64,000 bases of DNA, from the NCBI GenBank assembly GCA_965153455.1, contig OZ234493.1:19086213-19150212 (forward strand). The letters are read 5' to 3'. Both the position numbers and the translations under genes were made by a program. Numbering within the stretch: position 1 is the stretch's first letter; every line of letters begins with the position of its first letter. Below, one piece after another: positions 1-13,817 of the stretch. Under the pieces are notes generated by a model, which was not told the origin of the DNA, did no database searches, and saw only the letters and a list, made by a program, of their open reading frames with translations. This stretch comes from Sphagnum compactum (Eukaryota).

Positions 1-209
1 GCAAAGTTTCACCATTTGGCAATAAATAAAAGGGGGGTGTGATTCATACAAAGGATTTTTTCGGGAAAAAAAAGCCCAAAATCATCATAATTGAAGGAAA
101 AAATCTCAGATTTAGACTATGGCTTCTAGTATGTTGCCAAAATATACTAAGGTTCCAAATATGTTTTATTTTCTTCTCTGACCTATAGCCAAATTTGGCT
201 AAGTCTTTT

Positions 210-1190
210 CATTAGTATAATTGTTGGTTTTTTTTACTAACAAATTTAGTAAAAAATTCTAGTTTGGACATGCGTTAAAAAGACCACTTTGTCATTTTGG
301 ATAAGTCAATTTCGACATGTTCATTATGACTAAGGTGGTCTTTTTTTCCAAGTAAATATAAACAATTTGATTGGTCATTTTGATACGCAAATAATGGACC
401 ATTTGACAAGTCAAATTTTTGCCCATATTTTATTTATATTTTAAAAATTATTATCAAAAATAATATTTTTGTAATACATAGGTAGGTAGGTCATAAAAAG
501 ATAGGTAGGTAGGTCTTACCCTACATTACTTTTCCTACTTGACCTATTTTAACCTAACCTAGTATATCCTATTAACTTATTTAGCTTACCCTACTTACCT
601 TAGCCCCTTAAACATGTATATAAGTTATAATGTTAGGAATTGAACCTTTGACCTCCCCAATGATAAACCAAGTTTTTAACCAATGGGCCAAACCATCAAA
701 AGGAATTAAATTCTTGTCAAAAAAATTATTTCACATGTTTATTTTGACACATCATTACAAAACTATGAGGTACAAAGATATATAGGCTGTAGGAAGTAGG
801 TGGGTGGGTGGGTATTTAAGTATGTAAGTAGGTAGGTAGGTAGGTTGTAAAATTGTAGGTGGGAATTAGGAGGTAGGTATGTAATAGGCATAAGATGTCC
901 CATTGAACTAAAGAACATTGGTCATTTTGACTAATGATGTTAATTTCTTATTTTCAATTTGACTAAATGTCCCAATTGATTAAAACTCATTAGCCATTTT
1001 GACATCAGGTCAATCACTTTTGTCTCAAAAGCAACTTGACTTGATGTTATTAATCAAATAAATCATTCTAGTCAAGATGATTGTTAAAAAATACATGTTT
1101 CAGGCTTTTAATCAAAATGGACATGTCATTAATAAAAACAGATCAGTTAGTGAACTTGAATTATTTGAAAAACTAAGAATTTTAGTAGTG
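210..1190. mobile_element. Decayed non-autonomous CACTA-like element nested in a MITE-like repeat
   Basis: Left end CATTAGTATAATTGTTGGTTTTT aligns with the reverse complement of the right end (CACTACTAAAATTCTTAGTTTTT). Flanks TTT/TCT fit a degenerate 3-bp TSD. The flanks rejoin into the ATAGCCAAATTTGGCTAAGTC..CTTGTGGATGAT motif seen elsewhere in the window. Confidence 0.5.
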
Positions 1191-4089
1191 TCTTGTGGAT
1201 GATTGTTAATCCACCTACCTCATGGAAATTAAAACCTTGGTCATGGGTACAATGTTGTTAATTTGCAATTATGTTTAAACCTTGTGTTAAGAACAATTCC
1301 ACCCATACTTGTGTTTGCATTAGTACATAATGAGTTCAAATCCACTCATGAATTCATTAAGTTTTGTAATGAATTAGGTGAATTTAATTTCCTAATGAAT
1401 TTCTAGTGAATTTGTCAATTGTTTAGTGATTGGTGATAGGTTGATATGGACAAGTAAATTCACTAACATCTAAACAACTAGGAATTTTTGAATATCTTAA
1501 TTATTTAATCTAGATTATTCAACATTAATTATTTAATCCAAATTTTTCAATATTAATTATTAATCGATTATATAATATTAATTATATAATGCAGATTATT
1601 TAATATTTTATTTCATTCTAATTAATTATTTTGGTTTTTATTGGATTATTGGATTATTTGGTTTTTTAAAAAAAAATAAAGTTTCAAGAAGATTCAAACC
1701 TACCTATTTAAGGAGAAAACTAACACCTACTTGCTTGTGTAGGTAGGCAAATAGGTAGGAAAGGAAAAATGTAGATGGAATGAATAGCCAAAAAAATATT
1801 TCAATTACTTTGTAATTTCCATTTAAGGTCAAACAATTTTTCACTCATTCCAAATTGGCATATGCATTTCAATGTGACAAGTCAAGGCAAAACATGTTGT
1901 TTATATAAATTGTGAAATAAAATTCAAAGACAAAACATATGGGTTAAACCTTTAGTTGCACTTGAGTTTTAAATTGAGATGCAATTAAACCTTTACCAAA
2001 AACCAACTTTAATTAGTAACATCTTTTTCATATTATGTCTAAATGAAATGATTTAAACTTCATTCTGAAAGGGTTTCCAAAATCTACACAAAAACTTATT
2101 GAAATTATTAAAACAATACTTGAATTGAAAAAACTTGCATGTAAATCTTCCATCTCAATACATTTCAACAATGATGTCTTAAAAACATTTTCTTTCTCAT
2201 ACTTTGTCCAAATGAAAGATTTTTTTAAAAATATGAATTTGTTTTATATTACATAATACATTTCAATTACAAAATTTAATACAAATAGTTCATAACATAT
2301 GATGTATCAACATATAATAACGTTATTATCAAAACCATTTAATGTTTAGTGTATTTAAAAACTACAATACATATAAGTATGGTATATTAAATACATACAT
2401 GTTAATTTAATATTATAATATGAGTTTGATTATAAAATTATAAAATATAAATATTTCCAAAAAAATTTAATTACAAATTATAAATAATTTTAATATTATA
2501 TTCATTATATTCATAAATATTTTTATTAATATAATATACAACAAATAAATATTGTCATATATTATGTATAAGTGATCTTATATGATAAAAATATTAGATC
2601 AAGAAAGTTATATTTCCATGGATGAATATTCTGTTTTCCACTTTTATATCAAGTGAAGCCCACAATAAAAATATTATTTAGTTTTAAAAATTATATGTAT
2701 TTTATAACTTATAAACATATTATATATTTTTATGAAATATATGTGGGGGAATTTTTCATTATAAACCACCATTGCAAAAGATGTAGTTGATTTAGCAAAT
2801 TGTAATAGTGTATCCCGAAATCACGTTGCCAATAAATGTAAGATAAAACTATATTCCAATTAGTGCCCTAAAAGCATACATTATACATGTTAGAACATGC
2901 ATATTTATTTATATATATTAAGTTTCATTATTAATTCCAAGACAATTGGCATTTTTGAATGATCATTTTGTCACCACTAAATGGCTTTGGATGTCCAAAG
3001 TGTCTCCATAAACCTTCAATTTGAAGTAGCATTTTTTTGGTCACATTATTGAAAAAATATTTTTATTTATAACTTTTGTTTGTTAGTTGAATAACTTCAC
3101 AAATATCTTCTACATTCCACTATCTTGATCATTATCATATACACTCCACAATGTAATTGATTTTTGGATGTCATTTGATGATGTGTCAACTTCCTATTCG
3201 AATACCTACAACATCCCTGTCCAAACCCAATAGTTAATTGTGTACCCTAAGCTACTATCCCATAGGCTAGTACTATGATTCATCAACAAAAAAAAAGACT
3301 ACAACATATGACTACAAAAAACAAGCGCCTCCATGGATGAAATGATAAACATCCTTAGATTATAATTTTGGTGCCATATTATAGATCATTATGTCCAATC
3401 ATATTGCATACAAGATTTCATGCATCCAATCATTTGGGTGGTGTTATGCAGAGCGAGGCTACTCAACAATAGTTCCCTTCTACATAAACAATATCTAATT
3501 CAATATTCCCATTATCCTCTACATTCCACAACATGGTTTTTCACATAGTAATCACAATAAATAAATGTATTGCATTACAAATTGCATAAGGATTAAACTT
3601 GTCCATATCACTTCCTCCAAGCTTTCTTACACTCAACACGAGTTTTTGTATTCTAGGTGCACCAATGGGTTCTATGCCATTTGTGGAGTTTTTTTTTTGA
3701 GGCATTTAGATGGATCTCAACACCATAATTAGCCTCCCTATGCTTGCAAATCCACAAGCAGCCTTTGCAATGCTTTCATTTTGGTATGCCCAACATCCAA
3801 GCTATTTACTACATATTGTACTTCCATTTCTAGGATTTTGCAAGGTCCAAATTCATTATGATGTACCAAAATCATGACACGATATCACCCTTTCTTGTAT
3901 TTTTTACTTAAAGTTTTTTTTCACCATGTAAAGACACATTTAGAGATGATTGTGATGCAATCTAAAATTGTAATGGTCTAAAATATGGTATTCATGAAAT
4001 GTTTGACACCTTTTGACTCATTATTTTTATATGAATCAAAATATAGGGAGGAAAATACTACAATAAAGACTATGACCTTTTCATCATGG

Positions 4090-6820
4090 GTGGTACACTT
4101 TAAAGGATTTTCGCCTTACAACATTATGTTAAGTTTAATTCCCATACCATGGCTATGCTAGAAAAGCTATTGGGTGTGAAATCTTTCAACAATATTGTGA
4201 GTCATTTGGCTCATCATTAGGTCATTTTAACTATTTTTTTAGGGGGCTTGGCCTTCCCTCAATGGTTTGACTTGTTGCCCCCACCATCTTGGGATGTTGG
4301 GGTTTAATTGCTCTTACACTTATCATTCATTTCCAATGGGATTATCATTTTATTCTTTTCATGTGGTGGTAAATGTCGAAATCAACATTTTACCCTTTTA
4401 GCTGACACTTTGGGATACCTAAGCTTTATTACCCTAAGCTATTTGTTTTCAAGTCCCCCCTTTTGAAAGTCTTGTGGTATAGTTGTATCTTCATTTATAA
4501 GTTTTTTTGACTGCCTACATGAAGAAAGATTTGCCACACTATAGATGTTCCTTCAGATGCCACGTAGACACATTTTCAATCTTGTGTAGGTCCAACCAAG
4601 GGTGCATGATTATTAGCCTTTCCTATTACATTTGTCATTATGAAAATTTTTGTGTTCATGAATTTTAAGTAGTGAAAAATTTCACTACTTAATGACTAGA
4701 GTTTTGAAACAACTCATTTGAAATTACATTGCAACTATCCCATGGAAATACAAGGAATTAAAAATAAAATGTCATGTTAGTTTTATTGTAGTTGCACATT
4801 AATCCCAAGATGGATCCCTATACGAATGTTGGTATGCACCATATATATGGTTCTAGTCAACCATGTTTGACTTTGTTGGTAAGTTGCACAAGAATCACAT
4901 ATGACAATTATATATACAATTGGAACAAATGAAACACTCATTAACAACTATTTTACAATTATTTTACATTGTATAACTATTATATTAGACTTTTATGTAA
5001 TGACCCAACTACTAGTTACAATAACAATTTTTTTTAAAATATTAGTATTTATATTCTAGATTTATAGTTGATATTATTACCTATTATTAATTAATAATAA
5101 TTAATATACATAGTAGATAGATTGTGTTAAGGTAGAACCACCCATCATTTTGATTGTTAGTCGATGATTAACAATTTTGGATATGTATTGTTTTTTATAA
5201 ATTTTGTGTGATGTAATGCATCATGGGAACACAAAGGTAAGTTCTACAACATATGTTTCAACTTTAAAAGTAAAGGAACAACATGAAAAAACCATGAAAA
5301 AATGAATTTGTTGATTTTTAAAATGTGAATTAAATTAGTGTCTAAAATATTGACCTAACATACTTTTGACAACCATAATTTCTTCATTTTGTGTCCTTTC
5401 TGAGCAATTTAAATTACTATGGGTGTGCCAAGTTAATGTCCAAAAATACCTTTTGCACTTGAGAGGCAAAGGGACAATGTATTAAAATTTGAAGCTTTCT
5501 AAAAGTTAAAATGTTTATTCATTGGCTTGTTTTATAGTAGTTGCAATTCATTTGCAATTAATATTTTTATCCCATATTGTTTGTCCTACTTTTCAAATTT
5601 TAAAAATACATAATTAAGTGCTTTAAGAGTATTAAAAAAATGACATTTGGAATAAGCCAATAAAATAAGGTTTGGCCTTAAAGGTTAAATCCAAAATAAA
5701 ATAGGATTGTCCTAAATGACATACCTACCTAATCTAAAAAATTTAAATAGTAATTTCCACCTATTTTAGGCCTACCTACCTATTGATTAAGTGCTAGGTG
5801 TCAACATCCTATCAGTCTTAAGTTGAATGATCTAAATTAAATTAATAAAATATTAAATATCAAAATAAATTTAAAATTACCACGTGTCCATTGATGATTT
5901 GTTAACACATTATTGCCATGTCATCACATTGTTCCTTATTTAGTTGCATAATAATGGCAACATAGTTACACGAGTTGCATATGTATATAATTTTCGATAT
6001 GGTGAATTGTGCCATTTCAACTTTTGTAACTCGTCCAATAGCATTCAAGCTGTAGAAATAAGCTAACCCAATTGCAAGCCTAGTTGCAAAACACATATTT
6101 TCTCATAGTGTGCATTTTATTTGTTTTCGATTCATTTCTTTACATCATTACATACTTGCTTTAACTTGCCACATCTTACTATTGCACATTTTCATGTTGT
6201 CAGTGTGTACATCCCATTGATGATTTAAGTATGCATTTGCTTTGGTGCCCATGTGGGAGTGAACGTTTTGCAACCCGGGATATTTTTCATGATATTGTTG
6301 CAACTATTGCTTTGAAAAGTGGAACTCAAAGAAAGGTTTCCCACCTCTTCTTTGGCCACACTTGGTGGCAAGTTGATATCCTTATTATGATAAACAATTT
6401 TTGAACCTTAACAAACCTTGTCATAGTTGATCCAACCCACCTATATTTGGTATAGTGTACATCCACGACAACACATGCAATGATAATTGTCGTTTAGGAA
6501 AAAATATGATCATATGTGGAAGACACATTAAAAAATGACTTCATTCCCATTACCATAAAAACTTATGGTGGTTTTCACTTTCGTTTCAACCCCTTTTGAA
6601 CTTTTTGTGATTCACAACTATAGCCCATCATGAATGGTCCTCATTAATTCCTTATTTCTTATTATTGGTAGTGTGCGTCCGTAGCCTTTCAACATGTACA
6701 AGCCATTGCAATTTTTTAACGTGATGTCACATTGAGAAAACATTCCTTAACTCTTCCACGCATCATGGCTAACATCTTTGTCATTAGTCGATTTGTGGTA
6801 GATGATGCCTTTTAATTTAC
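4090..6820 (+). mobile_element. Decayed non-LTR retrotransposon relic with restriction-like endonuclease (RLE) region
   Basis: Manual translation through stops gives GGLGLPS, GAxLLAFP, a CQC..D..H..C zinc-knuckle-like motif, then VDILI..VIVDPT..FIPITIKTYG. This order fits the RT-thumb/CCHC/PD-(D/E)xK layout of RLE-type elements. Interrupted at 4636-6110. Confidence 0.55.
4636..6110. mobile_element. Non-autonomous CACTA (En/Spm-like) element
   Basis: Left CATTATGAAAATTTTTGTGTT vs reverse complement of right end CACTATGAGAAAATATGTGTT. 3-bp TSD TGT/TGC. Subterminal TTGCAAC/GTTGCA motifs. Excision restores the host frame (ATT ACA TTT GCA TTT TAT TTG). Confidence 0.75.
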
Positions 6821-7704
6821 TATCTTCTATTTTATTAATATATTAGTGGTGCGTTGATTGTTATGTTTTTTTTTCACATGTGTTTTCGTGCTTTTATTTG
6901 CCCCTTTCGTGCTTGTGGATGGGTTCCCATCCCTTCCTTCTTTTTATACATGGATTTTGTTTTGCTTTCATATGATGTGAAATATATTGCATTTTGGACT
7001 TGCATGTGTGTGTGCAGCAAGCAACCCACCCATGTTCTTTTCTAGTCTCTTTCACTTTTTCTGCACTTGTGAGTTACATTAACCTGAACCCTAGAACTCA
7101 ACAACAAAATTGATTGAAAGAGATATGAGACCTTGTCACAAAGTATCACAACAATAAGGAGGGTTCCACACTTAGGTATTGCATTTGAGAATGAAGGCAA
7201 CATAAACATGACTTGCTCATTTTGATGACTATCTAGTCCCCTGAAATTTTTTAGCCAATTTTTTTCCTCAAAAATGTGCGGGGCCTTAGCATAGACAGAC
7301 CACCATGGCAAGTGTGCTAATTAAGCTTTTGCCATATATTTTGGACTCAATCTTTTGATGATAAAATTTCAAATTTCACCATTTTTATTGCATTAGTTTA
7401 GATTTATCAACCAGCCAAATTTTTATTGCATTAGCTGAGATTTATGAATCAGCCAAAAAATGAAAGAAAAAAGGGGGCTGGGTGGCGGGAGGAGAAACGT
7501 TCTAGTCAGTAGTGTGAATGGGGTTAAGGTGTTCCAACTGTCGTCGGCGACGAGGGCTGCGTCGTCGTCGCCTGCAACGACGTCGTCGTCCCCGGCCCCA
7601 CCCTTCGTCTCCTACGAGCAGCCTCGTCTCCCCCGAACGCCCAGTCTCGCAGCAAGCCAGCGTCTTTATAATCCATCGCGCTCTGCGGCAGATCTCCATC
7701 TCCA

Positions 7705-7727
7705 TCTCTCTCTCTCTCTCTCTCTCT
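7705..7727 (+). repeat. (CT)n microsatellite in the probable 5' UTR of the SPH gene
   Basis: Seen directly; a TATA-like TTTATAAT lies at about 7665-7672. Confidence 0.85.
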
Positions 7728-7853
7728 GTGTCTCTGGCGTCCTCTGCTGGTTCTTTCGATCATTTTGTTGTGTTGCCGTTCCGCTGCAGTAGAGAATTAG
7801 AATTCGGCCGAGCTAGGAGCTGAGAGCTGCTGTGAAGCTTAAAGTCGCGCAAC

Positions 7854-8285
7854 ATGGCAAGATCAAGCTTGTCGTCGTCGTCTAGTACTGCTGTCAACAC
7901 GAGTGCTATGATAATGATGGTGGTGGCGATGGTGGCGATGGCGTACTTTCCCTATGCAGCAGCAGATGGGGTGACCATCGTGAACCAGATGGGCGAAGAC
8001 CTTGTGCTACATTGCGCATCTTCGAATGACGACCTGGGTGTACAGACGCTGGTGAACCTGCAGGAGTATGGATTCAGGTTTCGTGAAAACATATGGGGCT
8101 CCACGTTGTTTTGGTGTGATTTCACGGCCAATGGATACCCGCCCCACCGTCAGGACGTTTACAAGGGCGACCGATATCTAGCCAATACTTGCTGGTGCAC
8201 CTCGTGTAATTGGGTGGTTACTCCAAACGGGTTCATTTGCAATGGCCAGCAACAGCCATCATGGACTTGGGGCGGAACCAACTAG
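7854..8285 (+). CDS. Secreted S-protein homolog (SPH / plant self-incompatibility S1 family), 143 aa
   Basis: Hydrophobic signal peptide ending AAA-DG, then VTIVNQMGEDLVLHCASSNDDLG..YGFRFRENIWGSTLFWCDF..DVY..C..C.WVVTPNG, the S1/SPH family pattern. Single coding exon; probable 3' UTR intron 8294-8428 (AAG|GTAAAA..TGCAG). Confidence 0.9.
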   Translation: MARSSLSSSSSTAVNTSAMIMMVVAMVAMAYFPYAAADGVTIVNQMGEDLVLHCASSNDDLGVQTLVNLQEYGFRFRENIWGSTLFWCDFTANGYPPHRQDVYKGDRYLANTCWCTSCNWVVTPNGFICNGQQQPSWTWGGTN

Positions 8286-8679
8286 CTAGCAAGGTAAAAG
8301 AAATTATCACACCCATTGTCAAAGCTTCAGTTCACATGTTGAGTTTCATGAGCTGATTAGTGGGCATTGTGGGCAGTTTCATGATCCTGTTCTTAGTATA
8401 TTTCCATTGTTGTTGAATCTTCTTGCAGCTGCAAATTAACTACAGCTCAGCTTGATGATATTCTGAGACCTGGTGACGGCACAGCTGATTGTGATAAGCA
8501 GGGAGAGAGATCAGAGACTACGAAAGTGCAACAGACGTACTTTTTTCAGTTGGTTCCAATGTCTTGAAGAATGTTCACCAGACCACATTATTGTGAACTG
8601 AGTTCTGTGAGTTAATCTTTTGGAAACTTTGTTGTTGCCGATTTGGAACTTGCCATAAAGGGTGTCCCCCAGAGCCATT

Positions 8680-9060
8680 TTCTCTGAATTGTGAGTTCAT
8701 TTTTTGGGGGAATTTCATGGAACATAATTTCCTGTTTTAACTATGTTTGCTGGTTTGAAACTTGTCATAAGGGGTTAAGAGCCATTGTTATGAATTGTGA
8801 GCTCATGTTGGGGGAACTTCATGACCTTGCTGCTGGTTTGAAACTTGCTCCATACAGTGCCCAGAGTCATTGCTTTGAATTGTGAGTTCATTGATTTGGG
8901 AACTTCATGCATGAACATTTCCCATTTTAGCTTTGTTGCTGGTTCAAAGGTTTGAAGTTGCCACGACCAACAGCGCCATTTAAGTAGTCAATTGTGAGTT
9001 ATGACTTATGACCTTCATGGAACAATCTGTATTTCAATTGTTGTTGTTTGAAACTTGTTG
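8680..9060 (+). repeat. Degenerate tandem repeat, ~85-115 bp units, about 4 copies
   Basis: AATTGTGAGTTCAT..GGAACTTCATG..TTGCTGGTTTGAAACTTG-like motifs recur near 8686, 8792, 8877 and 8990. Confidence 0.6.
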
Positions 9061-12000
9061 AACTCTGAGGTGAATAGTTTTAAAACATGAAAGTGGGAAA
9101 TTGTATGGATTTGTCTCTTTGCTTGATCTTAGTTTCAAGACCTTTTAGGAAAAGAAACTCATTGCAAGATCATTTGGTTCTTGATATTTTAAGTAAAATA
9201 GTTTGAAGTTTTAGTTGAACATCCATTTCAAGGTTCATTAGCATTAAATTTATACCATGGGTGATTAGACCACTATTGTTATATATGAATGTTATAAGTA
9301 ATTGGGCATCCAATTGAGTCGGATGCATGTTAGAATTTTTTATGCCAAATCCCAAGAACGCTTTACACTTCTTTATAATCCAACATAATAGAGATATCCG
9401 TAAAGTCAGGAAAAGATGGTTTCCTGAGTTTCACCCTGTCTTTCTTTCTTTTCCTGAGCGCCTCGACTGCTGCTACATAGATTTTCATACTGAGATTTAA
9501 TAAAATTTCATTACTTTGCGGATGCCACTAAAAGAGGGGTTAAGGGGGTGAAAGGAGGCCCAAAGACAGGGTGAAGACAGGGTGACTTTCTGAATATCTC
9601 TAATATATGCTGGTTTCTCTATTCCTGATGGGATACTCCAAAGAAGGCAGTAAACTCAAGAATCCACTACCACAAAAAATTGCTGCTACTGTTTTGTCTA
9701 GGACTGAATTTGGACTAAATAGCTTGGAACAATTGAAGGCATTCTATGAAGAAATTGCATTGACAAAATACAGTTACAATCTTTGAACCATTTTAAACAA
9801 TTTTCCATTTTGGAATCATTTTTCAAAAGTCTTACATGTTTTTAGCTACCACCAGAAACAGAAGAGAGTTTTATTGGTAACTAGTTTTTAAGTCTTTGTG
9901 AATTCAAATGCACCCAACTAATTGTGTTCTTGGTATTGGGACTCAGTTTCACATAAATGATCACAATCTAGGTGCAATTGTATCCAAATGCGAGTCTATG
10001 TTGGCTCTAATATTGGATTCTTAAGAGACTAAAAAGAAATTGAAGTTTGTTCACAAGCATCTCATACATTTTAAGTTGGAGTGAAGACAATCAATTCACT
10101 TGAAGAGTTAATCTCTAAGACCAAATTTGCATAGTAAATCTATTTTGGATTGAACATCCCGTTGTAGCCATCATAAGGTCAATATAATCATCATGGACAA
10201 GAAAAGACACTATTAATTTGTTTTATTATATCTATGAAGTGATGGTAGGGAAAAGGAGTGAGGTAGTTATTAAGAAAGTTAATAAGAAAAGAAATATTTA
10301 TTAAGAAAGAAGTGATGTAATTATCTTTGGGAATTGTCATTAGAAATGTTTAAAGATGATCATACGATAGATTCCAAAAAAAGCACCCAAAAAATTTCAT
10401 CATTAGAATTAACTAGTAATTTGAGGTCATGTCCTTTGATACTTTATATTGATTCCTATGTTTTAACATTTCACCTTAACAATTTCTAATAACAAACCTA
10501 GTTCATTGATTTTTGTGGTTCAATGTATGTATGATCTTGTTGAAATCTAGTGAATGTTGAATAAGCTACAACCACCATTGATATTCAAGCATTTGCATGT
10601 ATACTCGCACAATGCATGTGTCTATTTATCCACAATATTAATGTAGATGGCCAAATTCTTCAAGGGTTATTTGTCATTACAATAATTCAACAAGAGCATT
10701 AGTCATTTGTTTGTTTGTTCCAAATTGGAATGTAAAGCTCCCCTTAGTCTCTATGAAAAGAATTTGTTATCTATAAAGGTTTTTTTAAGAATTTTTGTTT
10801 GTAGTTAGTGGGGTGATCATCCATAGGAAGATGTAGAAGATTAGTCTCGCTTCAATCTTTTTTTTAGTGTTTATATATAGCCAAATTGTTAAATGGTAAA
10901 TAATAGAGCAAAAAACTGAAGAAAATTAAGCTTTAAAAGAAAAAACTAGCCATATGACTTTTGTCAAGTTGATGGCAATAGCCAATGTGCATCATAAACA
11001 ATTGTGAATGTCATCATTAGTTGCCATTTGTTGGTATGTTGTTATTGTTATGCAACGACATCCAAAGTGAATATCTCATGTTTTGTTGTTGACAATGGAG
11101 ATTGGGGCATAAGTTTTGGGTCACATGTACAATGTTTTTGTGTTTTGACTAATATGTCTATTGGTCATATATTTTTATTTGACAAGTCATAAGTTTTTTA
11201 TCCTTGGCTTTTTCACTTGAAACTTAAGGGAAAAGCCTTAAGTTGTAGAATATCCTATCACCAAACAATTAAGCATTGAGAATCCTCTAACACCCATGCA
11301 TATAGTTGTTCATCCAATTTTGATATCCAAAAATAAATAAAATTCCCATCTCCTTGCACACCTAGAATTTTCCAATATGGTCAAGAATCAAAGAAGATAT
11401 GCAACCCCAAAGTAGGGGACTTTTTTTTATTAGAAAAAAATCATAGTTAACATAATAAATATTGATGACCAAACAATTTGCACTTGTTGCACAAACAATT
11501 TTCATGGAACATTGAACAAAATGTGAGCTTTGATCAACATAGATGGATGCAAAAAATAATAATCATTTTTTATGCAAAACGGTTCATCTTACATCAACAT
11601 TTGAAATCAAAAGTTGAATAAAGGTTATCTATTTATAGTCACGGACTAATACTATTTTGATAAAATCCTAATCAGTTGGAAAGGCCACCATCTTTATCCT
11701 TGCTTCCACTTCACTTTAATGATGTTTGTTCCTTTCCTCTTTTATTTTTCATGCTTTTGGTCTAATTGTTACTAATGTTGTTTGTAAGACTTCATTTGCA
11801 TGGTCATCATTGTTTGTTCCTTCTCACCCCCTTGCCCTTGTGTTTCACTTTCAATTCACACCTTCCTTCAAACTTGAGTTGATATTTGTTTCAATGTGCT
11901 TATAAGTAGTGCAAAACAACTTTATTTCATCTTCATCAACATTTATGACAATGTGTTTGTAGCCTTGCTTGTTGTTGCACTATGTTTACAAATGCTAACA

Positions 12001-12696
12001 AGTTCATTTTGAGCTTTTTGTCCTTCTTTATTTGGTCAAATGTTTGAGTCTAATACATTGTTTTTGTTGGTTAGCTATTTTGTACACCCAAACTCACCAC
12101 TTAAAATACCTCCTTTCTTTCCTTTTTTATTTGCCTTTTTCTATACATTGAAATTCACCATTTTTTTTCTCACCAATTCTTTTCATAGGAAGTTTCTACT
12201 CTCATCAATTCTTTTATCATTGCATTTTTCTAAGTTGCAACACCTTTCCATCTTTCTTGAATTAATTTATTTTTTCATCAAGTTTTCTCTCGTTGCTTTT
12301 CTTTATGCTACAACTCCCTTCCATCTCCTTAAGGTAAATGTTTTTTTCACCAAACCTGTTTTTTAAGCCTCTCTCACTACCTCTTTTTACATTGCAACTC
12401 CTTTCCATCTCATTTGAGTTTTTTTTAACTAAGTATATTTTTAAGCTTCTCTCACCACCTCTTTTTATATTGCAACTCCCTTCCATTTTTTTTCAAGTTA
12501 ATTTTCTTCTTTTTAAGCCTTTCTCATTGCCTCTTTCATGTTATGATTCCCTTCCATCTCTTTTGGGTTTTTTTACACGAAGAACTAATACAAAACATGT
12601 CCTCATTTCATTACACATTTCATTCACATTCTACCCAACATTAATGAGGAAAGGCCATGTCCCCATTACATTACACATTTTACTTTATTGGGGACA

Positions 12697-13817
12697 TTAT
12701 TACATATAGTAAAGGAAGGAAGTTCCTTCCCCTGACTCCGGACGGACAGTATAGCGAGCACGTGACAGCTAAACTAGCTTGCTACTACCTACCTGTTCAT
12801 GTGGACGTGCAGCAGAGACGTTAGATCTAGGCGGTAAATCCAACAGTGGAGGAAGCCATACGAAATCAGGCCGCCAGGACGGGAAATCTCACTTATTTTG
12901 GTGTATGCTAATTTTTCCTAAGAGGATTAATCTCCCACGTCAGTGTCATGTATCTGACGGTTGTAAAAAGTGGTAGTGGGCATTGGTATATCCTCTCCCT
13001 TGAAAGACTTACTTGACAAGGAAGAGGCACCTGCTTTTCACATCCAGGTTAAATCTATGTAAGAAAAGTAAAACATTTTGAAAAATCATTTGTGATATTG
13101 TTTTTTCAAAAAATGGTGCTATTGGGAATTATTTGGGAACATAAGGGAACATAGAACATACCACGGAAAGTGGAGAGGAAAACATAAAGGAAGAGGGAAA
13201 GGAAGGAAGGTGGGAAAATAAAAAGAAAATTTGCTATAAATAAAAAAATTTAACATGAAGGAAATATGAACCCAAACAAAGCTCAACAACGAACTATACC
13301 AACTACATAAAATAGAATGTTCGATGGGGCAAGGAACCAAACTCATTCAAGTGCGTAATCAACTTATTCAGAATGTTCAACGGGGACAGAACCAAACCCA
13401 TTCCAGTAATGTAACCAACTTATGCAAAACGTTCAATGGGGGGAGAGAACCAAACCCATTCCAGTAGTGTAACCAACTTATCCAAAATGTTGAATGCGGG
13501 AGGGAATTAAACCCATTCCAGTGTGTAACCAACCTATCCAGAATGTTCAATCTCGACATTCACAGGTTTGAGGACAATGATCAGGGCATAATAATGGATC
13601 ATTACACATTGTAATCTGTCGATTCAGATTACTCCGCTTTGTTCTTAGTTTGCCCCCCAGAGATATTATACTCCAATAAAATCTGCAAAATAATTTTGGA
13701 AATAGATCTCCGGGCATTTTCACGATGGAATTGTGCCTGTTCTACCCCCAAGAAACATGAGTTTATTTAATGTTGATTTATTTACACACCTGTGCATTAG
13801 GCACGGGGCTCAGACTA
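12697..13817 (+). mobile_element. Non-autonomous Helitron, copy A
   Basis: 5' end TTATTACATATAGTAAAGGAAGGAAGTTCCTTCCCCTGACTCCGGACGGACAGTA is nearly identical to that of copy B. 3' hairpin CCTGTGC-ATTAG-GCACGG (13789-13806) followed by CAGACTA. Preceded by A at 12696. Confidence 0.75.
13314..13551 (+). repeat. ~58-bp minisatellite, about 4 copies, inside Helitron A
   Basis: AATGTTCAA..GGGG..GAACCAAACCCATTCCAGT..GTAACCAACTTAT repeated in tandem. Confidence 0.85.

Noticed and set aside
7460-7823. Overlapping ORFs upstream of SPH
   Set aside because: They arise from GC-rich (GTC)n and (CT)n low-complexity promoter/UTR sequence; no domain signal.
9700-9960. Possible additional hAT dimerization-domain relic
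   Set aside because: Only faint FSIL..TTRN/ETEESF-like traces across frameshifts; too decayed to support.
12040-12709. Phe/Leu-rich membrane-protein-like ORFs
   Set aside because: Artefact of a pyrimidine-rich degenerate repeat.
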